A stretch of 63,979 nt of DNA, filler included, from Conidiobolus incongruus B7586 (Eukaryota), in NCBI GenBank assembly GCA_000697335.1. It is 9 parts of 9 records of this genome, joined end to end, with 100 filler letters (N's around TTAATTAATTAA, not from the genome) between each part and the next. Parts side by side here need not be neighbours in the genome. Positions count along the whole stretch, not along the records: positions 19,065 to 35,698 come from JNEM01006504.1; positions 35,799 to 42,475 come from JNEM01006505.1; 7 more parts are not named here. One strand, written 5' to 3'. The translations under genes and the position numbers were made by a program. The notes under the pieces were generated by a model. It had not been told where the DNA came from. It did not search any database and saw only the letters and a program-made list of their open reading frames with translations. Below are positions 26,201 to 38,700 of this stretch, one piece after another. Each line of letters opens with the position of its first letter. The first letter of the stretch is position 1.

Positions 26201-29200
26201 TTAATTTAATTGTATATAAAATTATTATTAGGTTTTAATTTTGGAGATATTTTAAAATATTTCATAAACAATAAATTAAAATCCCAGTATAATCTATATA
26301 AAAGATTTTTTAAAATAGGAAAACAAAATTAAAAAATTAAAAAATTAATTATTTAAAGATTATTAGATTTCATATTTATTACTAAATGTTTTAAGATGTA
26401 ATAATAATATATTCAGATTTTGTTTTTATTAAAGTTATTATAAACCTCTACAATCTGATTATTATTAAATGTAAGTTTGATAATTCTCAAATTATATGGT
26501 ATTATTAATTATAATACAAATGATCTTTAATTCAAAATAATATACTTTTCATTGAATTGAAATTTTACAACTATAGGAAAAATATGAATTACTATAATAG
26601 TAATATATATTATTATATAAAGATAATATATCACATAATCACAATATTATAATTATAATATATTAGTTCAATTAAATAAACTAACAGAAATTAAAAAAAA
26701 TTAATATTTATATATTGGGCTAAGTTTTCATATAAATTAAACTATTTAAAATATTGATTTAATATATATAAAACTATATATTTTCAAGGTTTAATTACTT
26801 TATTATTAAATATTATAAATTTTAAAAAAGTCTCTATAATTTTATATTGAAAATATTATATATTATCTTTTAATTGATAATATACTAGAATTTAATTAAA
26901 TTAGTTGATATCTTTAATAAATTAATATTAATATATATAATATTCAAACCATATAAATATAAATATAAAATCGAATAATTTGATATAATTTGTTTCATAT
27001 ATTAAGTTTATATTAAAAGTATGGCGTTGATAATAGAATATTATTTTTTCTACTGTAAATTTATAAAGATATAAAATTTGATACAATATATATTATTTAA
27101 ATAGAAAAAATTATAATCATCATTATAATATAGTTATATAAAATTTACCTTAAAATTAGGGTTTTAGTATCTTATATATTAAAAAAGTATAACTTATAAA
27201 TAAAGGTATTCTCCAAATATATAATAAAATATATATAATAGATATGTAACCTTTTAATGTGAATAATTTTTGAATGTATATTTAGTTTTTAATGATTTAA
27301 AATATTGTTGTATTTCAAAATTAATCATCTCTTCCAGTTTGATAGCTAAACCAATATTATTTCTATTTTAAGCTGACTTTGTCAGTCTATAATTGAAGGA
27401 TACTCTTTGTTCTCTTTATTTTCTTTATTAGATTTTATCCAAATCCCATATCATTCATTGATTCAATTATTTAAACCCAACAGTGATAAAGATAGAGAAG
27501 AAGTTTTTTTCTTTTGGATATTCTGCTACGACGCCTCAACAGTAAGTTTTCAAACCTACAGTCCCGATACGTTAAAGAGCAGGATTAATAAATAATTTAC
27601 TAAATCATATTTTGAGTACTTTTCTAACTACGATCTTTATTTATAAAACTTAATATAAAACACAACAATATCATGATAAAATATCAAAATAAAAAAATAT
27701 GATGATTTATATTTTATTTTAACTAATCAATTAATTTTGTATATTGAAACAACAATAATATATACTAATAAGTTTATACCTTGAAATTGATATTAGGTTT
27801 TATCATTATTAATATAAAATAATAAACAATAAAGGAATTATATATGATAACTATTAGAATTGGCTGATATTATTATATAATCTTATGATTTTTAAAACTT
27901 AAGAAAAAAAATCCTATTTTAAAAATATTATTATCAAAATATATTGAGTTATACTGTGTATATAGTTTATATAATTTAAATATTCTATATTCTAATATAA
28001 TTCATATATTAATAATGATTTTATTAGCGTAAATATAAAAATAGTAACAAGATAAATATTATAGTTTATTGATATATTTTCAAAGCATATATAATATATA
28101 GAAAGTGTAAATTTAAAAATATAATATTTCATTTAATAAATGTGAAATAATATGTGAATTCGAGTTATATTAATAAATATTAATATAGTATATATGACTT
28201 GATATTACATTTGAAATTAAAGTCCAAACAAATTACAATATAATAATTTTACTTAGTTAAAATATAGTGCAATATCACTTGGTATGGAAAAAATATATAG
28301 ATAAATTAAATTAATAAATTTTATAATTGAAGTTTAATAATATTTAACATATATAATAAATAAATATATAAAATATGAAATTATTGAATATATATATATA
28401 TATTTTTATATATTAAAATAGTTTCAAAATTCTTTTTATGGTATAAAAACCAAAAAATGAAATTATTTATTGGATAATAATAAATATTTCATATTAGATT
28501 AAACTTATATTTATTAAATCAGTACAATATATCGTTTTCGTAATGTGTATAGTAATATTGAGTTTGGAATAATTAATTGAATTAATTAGTTCGTGATACC
28601 ATTTTTAGCGACCATAATATGGGCTTGAATCTTATCCATGGCTTATAAGACTAATTCCTTATTTCTCCCGGTATTTTCATATTATGCATATCTTTTGCGT
28701 TTTCATTTCTCAATAGATTATCTAAATTGTTCAATTTGTGTAAATTATATATATTATAAATATTGATATTTGGTTATTATTAAATTATAAAAAAACAAAT
28801 ATTGATAAAATTAGAATTATACTGAATCATGATCAAGTTCATTCATGGTAAAAGTTTTGAGTATGTTATCTAAATAGATGAATTATTAATTTTTTGGTAG
28901 CCACAATGTCAATTTAAACCAAAAAATTGTTTTTACTATATATTTTATTCCTAAAATCTCTTATTTGTTATATTTTATCAGTACAAAAAATAAATATCAA
29001 TGAATATATTAAATAAATCGCGTATTTGTGAATTATATCAAATTTTCATTTTCTTTGACTTAATCATTGTTGATATTGTTATTTTCAAATATTAGATCTT
29101 ATAATAAAAATATTTTGATTTCTCATTAGAATTATATATAAATTTGCCATATTTATCGCTTATTTAAAAATATAATTAGAATATTTTTATCTAATGCGGT

Positions 29201-30087
29201 CGGAAAATTTATTAATATTTAATAGTATCTTTCATAGAGTTAATGATATTAATTATTGAAATTTTGATTAATTTTGATATAGGATTTAAATTTTGATATT
29301 TATCTAAAATGATCAAAATAATTATTTCTCAATTAATCTTTTAACAATGATGATTTAACAATATTAATAGTAGATTAATAACATAAATTACCAAAGGTTG
29401 GAAAAAACATAATTTGATACCCAGTTTCATGATATCAATTTAATGATTCGGCAAATTTATCAATATTTAGTTTAGAATGTAATGCTGGTGAATTGACGAT
29501 TTGTGTTGAAATTTGGCTTATAAACAGTTCATTATCTCTTTTAGAAGTATAGTTATTTTTCAATGAATTGCATTAACAATATTCAAGTCTTGAAATTAAG
29601 TTTACCATATTCACCAAAATAAAAATATTAATAAATTTCAATATTTACACTTTGGTTTTTGAAACCAATCAAATTTACTTAATTCCTTAGATCCTATTAA
29701 CCTCAACAGGTAATTCCATGTTTATGTCAAAATTACTTCAATAAATTTTCCAAGTTTAATTCAACCCAAGTTGATAAATTATCTATATATAATATTAATA
29801 TGGTTATAAAAATTAAATATTGGTTGATTGTTTAACTAAAAGTATACAGTTAAAATAATTATCCAAAGATTACATGAGTATAAGTTATGATTATCAACTT
29901 CGTTAATAAATCAACGTGTGGAAAATTAGAATTATCAATAATCAATATTAAATATAAGTAACGGATTTATTACCAATCTAATGTATTCTAAAAACCGAAA
30001 CGTAATACAAATAAGAATTCTAGCGTAGTCTCAGTTATCAATAATCGTATTTATTAATCTATCAATTTAATTCCTTATTTATTCACT

Positions 30088-31089
30088 ATGCAATTGACTC
30101 TAATCACTTTAATCTTAATTACCGCTATTCAAGGACGTCCCACTGACAATCCTGAACTTGATTTGGATGTGACTACATTACTGGGTATCAACCAATACAA
30201 CGATGATAGCGACCACACCCACGTAGTGGTCGATCTCGATGATGCTTTGGATGGTCGCAGAAAGAGTAAAGATAAGAAACCTGTTATTCATGTTGAAGGT
30301 GGTGATCTCATTGGTGGATATCATCCACATGAACATAACGAAAATGATATCGATGTCTATAGCACTTTGGGTAGACATCCTGGAGAAATTGACTTGGATG
30401 AAATTTTCGTCAAGGCTCTCATTGGAGAAGATTACACCTTGGGTAATGGTAGAGGTAAGGCTATAATTGATTTGACTGGTCACGATGGCTATGATGATCA
30501 TCCTGAAGACTATGACAACGGCAATGTTGCTGATGTCGATATAAGCTTGGGAGATGAAGATCACTATGGTCATGACGGACATGACGATGGAGGTAATGAT
30601 GATGATGGTGATGGCGATGATGATGATAGTGACGAAGGTACTGGAGTTAGTGATTATAATCATGATCGTGGTGATGATGGTGATGTACATGATGATGTAC
30701 ACGATAATGGACGTGGTGACTATAACTATGGTGGATATAGTGATGATTATAACCATGGATACAATAGTTATGATTACTATCGCCCTCGTAGATATGACGA
30801 CTACGACCATCATAAAGGATACGATCGCGATCATAGACGCGACTACGATGACTACAATCGCTACAGATCTTATGATATCGGTTACAATAGAAGATTCTAC
30901 GAGTACAGTCGCCAAAGAGACTATGATCGTGATTACGATCGCAGGAGTAACGATTATTACTACAGTAACAAGAGCTATGACGACAGTTATCACGGTCGTA
31001 AGGGATATGACCGCGACAATGACTACAACGGTCGCTACCGTGATGAAAAGGGATATGGTGAGGATCGTCACAGATCCTATGATTACTAA
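30088..31089 (+). CDS. Secreted Asp/Gly/His- and Tyr/Arg/Asp-rich low-complexity protein, copy 2
   Basis: 333-aa ORF with signal peptide MQLTLITLILITAIQG. Protein identical to copy 1 from residue 8 onward. Confidence 0.88.
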   Translation: MQLTLITLILITAIQGRPTDNPELDLDVTTLLGINQYNDDSDHTHVVVDLDDALDGRRKSKDKKPVIHVEGGDLIGGYHPHEHNENDIDVYSTLGRHPGEIDLDEIFVKALIGEDYTLGNGRGKAIIDLTGHDGYDDHPEDYDNGNVADVDISLGDEDHYGHDGHDDGGNDDDGDGDDDDSDEGTGVSDYNHDRGDDGDVHDDVHDNGRGDYNYGGYSDDYNHGYNSYDYYRPRRYDDYDHHKGYDRDHRRDYDDYNRYRSYDIGYNRRFYEYSRQRDYDRDYDRRSNDYYYSNKSYDDSYHGRKGYDRDNDYNGRYRDEKGYGEDRHRSYDY

Positions 31090-32389
31090 AATATACCTAG
31101 ATTTATAGTCAATTATTTAATAATAATTATACTGAATAAATATTTATTCATGAATTTTTATATTTATTAATATATGAACTATATATTACAAATAGGTTAA
31201 ATAACAATAATAAATTTGTATTATATCCTTAAAATAATATATGGATATATTCTTGGAAATATCTGTTAAAATTCTTAATAATTTTCAAGTTGAAAAATTT
31301 TAATATATTAATAAATATACCAAATTTTTGAAATTTGTTAGTTTGTATTTTTTTTGAATAAAAATAAAGTGATATTAATTTTACGAAATACCGTAATTAT
31401 TATATATTTTATCATTTTTTTTTAAAAATTTGGTATAAAAGTTAGAAATAATTAAATAATAGATATATTACTGGTATTCTCCTATACATCAATAAATATT
31501 ACAATACAAATTGCCGTGTTATTTTAAATTCTAAATATATTAAATTTATCTATTCTTCAGAAAGTATAATTATATACAGCCATATCAATTAGTTTCGTGT
31601 TCGATTGAAAATAGAAATTTCAATTATCAATTGTTCTCTCAAGTAATATACTGTTTTGCATTGTTGATATATTATCTTTTCATTGATTTGGTAACTTGTA
31701 AATTTATAATTTGATTGTTATGAATATTGAGTTTTAAATTTATCATAATTGATATTAATATAGTGAAGGGAAATTGAATATAATTGTAAATTATAATATT
31801 TTTATACAAAGCCAATGCTAATATAATTGAATATTATATTAATGACAAATTTCATTACGAACTCTTTAGCACAATTTAGTATTTTTGGCAAAATTTTTTA
31901 TTTAAAATATTTAATTAAACCGCACTAACTAAAATTAAACCAACCAAGCCTAATTTGACCAAATTATAAATTTCTATTGACTGAAAACATACAAAATACC
32001 CTTAATCCTTATATTAATTAAATCTTACAACATCCGATTAATATATGTAAGAAACCAACAATTAAAATCAACCACTAACCGAATTAAATATTTACCAGTT
32101 TGAAAAAATATACCCATTATTTCAAGTAATTCTTGGTGATAGATCTGGGAGAGAAGACTAAAATTAATTCATTATATCAAATTAATAATTGGGACTAAGT
32201 GATTTTTAGATCTCTTATATTATATTCAAAAAAAAGATAAAGAAAATAAGTAACTCTAATATTAAAATAACATGGTTTACTTCAAGGTGGTAATGAATCA
32301 CAATTCTTTGATTTTAAATCATTTTTATTTATCTATGTCAACCTGATTGTCTTTACTTTATACAGTCAACATATATTTTGCTAAATCTT

Positions 32390-34258
32390 ATGATTTGTTT
32401 TAAGCTAGTGATTTGGATTGCAATTGGGACAATTCGATCAAATCCCACCAAGAAAGATGTTGGACTCATGGTAGATTTAAATGCTATTGCTGCCGGCCAT
32501 GGGAATTACGGAGACGATTCCAATCCCATTAAACCCAATGTTACGCAGTTGGTCTTTTGGACAAGAGTAAGAGGAGGACTACGAACAATATTGAAGGTAA
32601 AATGTATTTCGGGCCTATTGGTAATGATATTAAGTCGAGGAAATGTCAAAATCGTCCTGGTAGCAATATTAATGCGGCTGTAGATTTGGGGGAAAATGTG
32701 TGGGAAATTGCAAGCAGAAAAGGTAAAAGACCTTCTATGAACGATAATGATGGGAGTGAGGATAAAAGTGAAGATGGGCACACTCTGTTGGATGGAAGTA
32801 TTGGTGACGTTGCTTTGGGCTTACTTGATACACTATACTTTGAAGATGCGACTGATGACTTTGAAGTTAACGATGATTCGTATAGTCATGGTAATTACTC
32901 AGTTGAGATCAATATAATTGTAGATCTTCTATAAGTTAACGATTATTCTGATGGTGAAGATAATGTCATAATCAAAGTCCTAACAACCCAACATTTTTGG
33001 ATCATTCCATTCCAAACATGAATCTTGCTGATATCGCTGTAGATGCTGTTGTCAATCTTCTTGACCAAGATCATCACGATACCCCAATTGGAGAAGTAGG
33101 TTCTCAAGGTGATCTAAGTGGCGATGAATCGTTAGTTCGCGGGAATACTTTGGTCGACTTGGTCTTGGATTTGCTTGAAGTTGGTGATAGCAATGATGAT
33201 AGTCCAATTGATATCACAGTAGATTCTATTGTTGATCTTCTTGACATAGATAATTACAATCCTGATGTCAAGGCGATACTGGATATGAAGACACTCAAGC
33301 TGGTAGTGACTCCAAAGACCATAGTAACAGTCTTATTGCTTCAATTTTGAATCTTATTGACACTAAGGGTGGAAATAGCCCTACAAATATATCAGTTGAT
33401 GCAATTGTTGACCTACTTAATGATAATCAACTAGATGATACTCAAGTAGGGGATGGAACATATATTGGTGCCAACCCTTTAATCAAACTAAGCTTGGATC
33501 TTTTAAATCATAGTGATAAGGACGAAGGGAATAACCACATTAATATCGCAGTTAATACTGTTATCGATCTTATTAACAGTGATAGCTACAATCCAAAAGG
33601 TAATACTGATGAACAATCAGAGGATACTCAAGTTGGTGATAATACTTACGACCTTGGTAACAGTCTAGTAGATTTAGTCTTAAATATTATTGACAAAAAT
33701 GCTGGTAACGATCACACCAATTTAGTTGTAGATGTTGTAGTTGATCTTTTAAACGATCCAACTAGTTATGATTTAGAAAACAGTGGAAAGGAATCCGAAG
33801 GTGCAGGAGTCGATTGGGTTTCTTACAATTGTGGTGATATAATCAATCTTATATTGTATATTCTTAATAACGGTAACAGAATAGTTATATTAAATTTGGC
33901 CGATATTGCAATTGACTTGATTACTAATAATGACAACAATGATAATCAATCCAACAATTTAGATCAAACTGAAGAGACTCAAGCTGGTGATAGTTGTTAC
34001 TATCGTGGTAATAATTTAGTTGATATTGTTTTGGATTTATTATACGGTGATGACTCATCCAATTATAATCAAAATGAAGGTGATCATAACTGTGATATCT
34101 GTTAGGATGAAACTGATATGGGTGATAATTCAATCGATAGAGGAAACGATGACAGTAACAATAATGATCACAATGGAAATCACAGTAATTATGGTCATGA
34201 TAAATATGATATAGAATATATCGATTATAATGATAGCCCCTATATTGAATATGATTAA
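32390..34258 (+). pseudogene. Frameshifted secreted Asp-rich repeat protein, paralog of the 333-aa protein
   Basis: Signal-like MICFKLVIWIAIGTIRS. ORF fragments 32378, 32557, 32997 and 33347 join through ~3 frameshifts and 2 stops. About 6 repeats of TQ(V/A)GD..Y..GN.LVDLVLDLL...VD.(V/I)VDLL. Confidence 0.8.
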
Positions 34259-35413
34259 TATAACTTTAATCAATTCACTACCTATTATGTTTAGGTGCAT
34301 TAATCAAACTAATTTTACTATTTAAATTCAAATAATATTATTATATCCTCTATCAAACTGGACAATATTTTATGATAGTATAGTTATTTTCTATTATGAA
34401 TAAAATATCAGAATATTATATAATTTCAATGATACATAAAATCACTTTCCATTAGTACATTAAATGGAGGTATTGGTTGATAAAGAATTATTCAAACTAA
34501 ATATTTCGTATATTATATAACCGATAAATTGTAAAATTAATATAGAATGGTGAAAATATTTCAAATAAGATTCTTTTTACTCTAACTGATTGAATCAATA
34601 AGATAACACTACATTTAATGTATTGATTGATTCAAACAATATATCTATATAATGATTACAAAATTGAATAATATAACAATCACTGTGGAAATAGTGGTAT
34701 TTAATTGATACTCAGTTATTAGAATTGAACAATGTTTATTAATGAGAAATATTTACAATATTAATCAACCAACACTATAAACAATATCACATCAGTTCAG
34801 AAGAATTTACCATATAATGATTAATTACAATGAATATTGAATGTAAAAATGCCATTCCAAGCTAAAAAAACAGTTCATATTTTCAAATCCAGCAAATATT
34901 TGATTTAATTAACTTCTTGATCTGAATAATAACAATATTTATTATAATCAACATTTTGTTAATGTTTATAGCTATCTATAAAATATAAATTATAGTATCA
35001 CAAACACTTAATTTTTTTCAATTTCATTATGTTCATTTTGAAAATTAAAGTTATATTCAAGTCATTTTCAAGATGAAAGATTTGATATTATAAATTTAAA
35101 TGCTTAAATAAACTATATTTTTAATTATAGGTTATAATATTTAATATTATTAAAGCAAAATATCAACTCAATACTATAATAAAATTATTGTAATATTAAT
35201 TGAAATACTTGTTAAAAGATTCGTTTTTTAAATAAATTAAAATTGTTTTAAAAATATACTGTATACGAAAATATGAGGAAACAAATAATCTGAACAATGA
35301 TTTATATATAACTCATAAGTTATGAATTTAAAATATAAATAATGTTGGAAATATATTTGATTAATATTCTATCAATTTTATAATGAGCGTAAATTTTGTT
35401 TTATTAAAATACG

Positions 35414-35698
35414 TTAAGAAGCAGGAGCTCCATTAATGTATTGAGAAACGACCTTTGCAAAGTTTTCGCCTTGAGTTCTAGCAATATCCAATTCTTTTTC
35501 ATTGGGCTGAAGTCTACCGTTACTACCGGCGACGACTGAAGCACCCCAAGGACTACCACCAAGGACGGCATCGTCCAAATTCAAATGAGGATTGGTGTAA
35601 CCCAAAGGAACGTAAATGATACCAAAGTGAGCAAAAGTGGTCAACATAGTCATATGAGTAGTTTCTTGACCACCGTGCTGAGTGTTAGAAGATACGAA
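35414..35698 (-). CDS. NAD(P)H:quinone oxidoreductase type IV (WrbA-like), 5'-truncated by gap; mirror copy
   Basis: Reverse complement of 19065-19349. Confidence 0.92.
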   Translation of the reverse strand, partial: FVSSNTQHGGQETTHMTMLTTFAHFGIIYVPLGYTNPHLNLDDAVLGGSPWGASVVAGSNGRLQPNEKELDIARTQGENFAKVVSQYINGAPAS

Positions 35699-35799
35699 NN
35701 NNNNNNNNNNNNNNNNNNNNNNNNNNNNNNNNNNNNNNNNNNTTAATTAATTAANNNNNNNNNNNNNNNNNNNNNNNNNNNNNNNNNNNNNNNNNNNNT

Positions 35800-38700
35800 T
35801 ATAAGTGAATAATAATAGTTAAAGATAGAAAAAGCATGTTTTTTAATATTTTAGGAAATATATAATAACTAAATCCTTTAGTATTAAGGTGTTAACTAAT
35901 AATAATAAGAAATATATTAATAATTAGGTAAAAGATTTATTTATATAAGAAGTAATATAAGCTAAAGTTTTAATTAGAAAGAAAAATCTAAGCTTTTCTT
36001 ATAATTAAATAGAATATAAATACATAAGTATATAAGTTTAAGTAATAGTAAAGGTACTTAGATATAAAGATTTATAAAATATTAATAAGATATAATTTAG
36101 ATAATTAAGTTTTTAATAGTAAATTAAAATAAGGAAAGGTATTAATTAAATAGTAAATATTATAATACTTATATTTTTTCTAAACTATATTAAGTTATTA
36201 CTATAGTCTTACTCTTTTTAATCTTTTTAATATAAGATAAGTAAATATAAATGTTTTTAATTACTTTAAATAGTTTTTAAGTTAATTTAAAATTAAAATA
36301 ACTTAACCACTCTATAATATAATAAAGTTTTCTATATTTTGTTTTATCTGTAAAAATTTCATTGACATAATATTCTTTATCCTTTTAATTATTAATAATA
36401 GGTAATAGAGGTTTTTTAAAATTTTAATTATGAAACTTATCTTTAAGATGATAGTATAGTTTTAACAGTGAGATATAGAAGATTAAATAATATTTATAAG
36501 TTTTTAGTAATTTTAATTCAAAATTTCTAGGTTTAAAGCCTGCTTTAAAAATATAAAATAGCTTAATCTAATATAATAAAAGCTTTTGATTTATGTTGTT
36601 TTTAGATATTTATTTGGTAAAGAGTATATTTATTATATTTAAAAAAATTATAGACTTAGATTTATATTTAAATAAAGTTTTATAGAATTTTAAATAATAA
36701 TTTTTATTGTATATTTATTTTAATTTAGTTGATTCTAAAGTTATTTAGTGGATTAATTTATATCTTTTTAATTTATCTATAATAAACTTATTGGTGATAA
36801 TATCAAAATTAAAGTTAATTAATAAATTAGGATGCTGTTTATAATTTATAAATTAAAGAGTTAAACTATTAAACTAATTAATTAAATTATTGTAAACAAA
36901 TTATAAATAAAGTAAGAGAGATTTTTAATTAATTTAATTAAAGTTAATATAATTTCTAACTATCTCTTTTAAAGTTTTAATAACTTTTTTAACTAGTTTA
37001 TTTAATTAATTATAATAAATAGTATTAAACTTTATATTAATATATATATGTTATATAAAAGCTTTCTAAAATTTCAAAGAAAATTTAAAATCTCTATTAA
37101 TAATAATAGAAATAAATAATTTATATAATAAGATTATCTTTTTAATTAACAAGTTAGCTATTTTAAACACTATAACTATTTTATAAATAGGAATAAAATA
37201 AATAAATCTGCTATATAAATTAATAAGTATTAAAATATTATTATAGTTTTTTTAATTTAGGCATTTTTATAAAATTAAGTTATATTTAAGCTTAAGGTTT
37301 AAATAATAAAGATAAAGAATTTAATTCACCAACTATATTTTTTATATTATACTTATTTATTTAACAGCTATTATAAGATTTATAATAGCTTTTTACCAAC
37401 TTAATTAATTTTGATATATAATATTTTACTTAAATTTTATCAATAAATTAAATTTAACTTTAATATCTACTTAACTTATAGTTATAGAATTATTTGAAAA
37501 TCTTTAATCAAAAGTTAAAAACTTTTAAAATATATAATTTATTATATTTATATAACAAACTATTTAATATTTAGAATCTTTTATATTTAAAAAGTTTTTT
37601 CTTATTATTCTCTTCTATTTTTAATCATCAAATAAATTTATCACATTATAGTTTTTCTTTTAAAATCTATTAAAAGTTTTTATTATTTAAGGTAATAATT
37701 GTTAAATTAGTTTTAATTTGTTTTTTATATTTATTACATATTAGTGTATAAATTAGATTTTTACTCAATATATCTATAATTTTATTTTACTTATTAAAAA
37801 AATATTTTATCAAGAATAAATACTCTTAGATAGTTTTTATCTATCTAATCTATTTTTTAGATAGGTGCTTTTGTAAATTTAAGTAAATTAATAATTTATA
37901 ATTATTTAAATATAAAAACTCTTGATAAAACAACCAAAAAGTAAATTTGTTTATGATTTCTACTAATGTAAATATTTTTTACTTATGTACAAAATAATTT
38001 TATTTAATAGGTGTTAATTTTCTAGACTAAAACACTAAAAGCTTTAGATTTAAATAGTTAAAAACCTTTTAATGTTTAGTTATTTGTTTTAAAGTTTCAA
38101 AATGGTTATACTTTTTAAAATCTTTAATAATTTTACTTTGTGTTATTTAATTACCTATAGTATAAATAAACACATCTATAAATATAATTACTAGTAATTT
38201 AAAATTAAATATAACAAGTATTGAAATTGTAATAATTTTATAGATTAGTGTATAAAAAGAGAAAGTTTCAATAAAGGTTTAAATAAATAATTTATCCTAT
38301 TTTAATAAATTAAACATAAAACTAATAAACTTAATAAATATAAAAATATAGTTTTTAAAATATATAATTAATTTTAAAATAGCTATTACTTGATATTAAC
38401 TAGTAATAATTATAGTGTTGTATAATTTTTAAGGTTTTGTTAAATTAATAAAAATTCTTTTAGAAGAAATAATATGATTATAAAATAAAATAGATAAAGT
38501 AGCAAAAATATATTTAGAGAGTTTTACTAACAACTAATTTTAATTAAGTATCTATAAAATAATCTCTATATATAAAATATAATTATTTAAAGTCTTTAAA
38601 TAAACTAAAATATTGTTTAAATAATATATAATAAAATTATTTTAATATTTGCTAAATAAATTATTTATAAGTTTTATAAATATAGTAAGTATGTTATAAA

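Larger units (their letters stand above)
30115..35698. repeat. Right arm of ~5.6-kb inverted repeat
   Basis: Reverse complement of 19065-24647; ends at the same WrbA base as the left arm. Confidence 0.97.

Noticed and set aside
19065..35698. Linear plasmid, Polinton or giant TIR transposon interpretation of the palindrome
   Set aside because: No polymerase, integrase or transposase in the spacer; the arms consist of host genes and end at assembly gaps.
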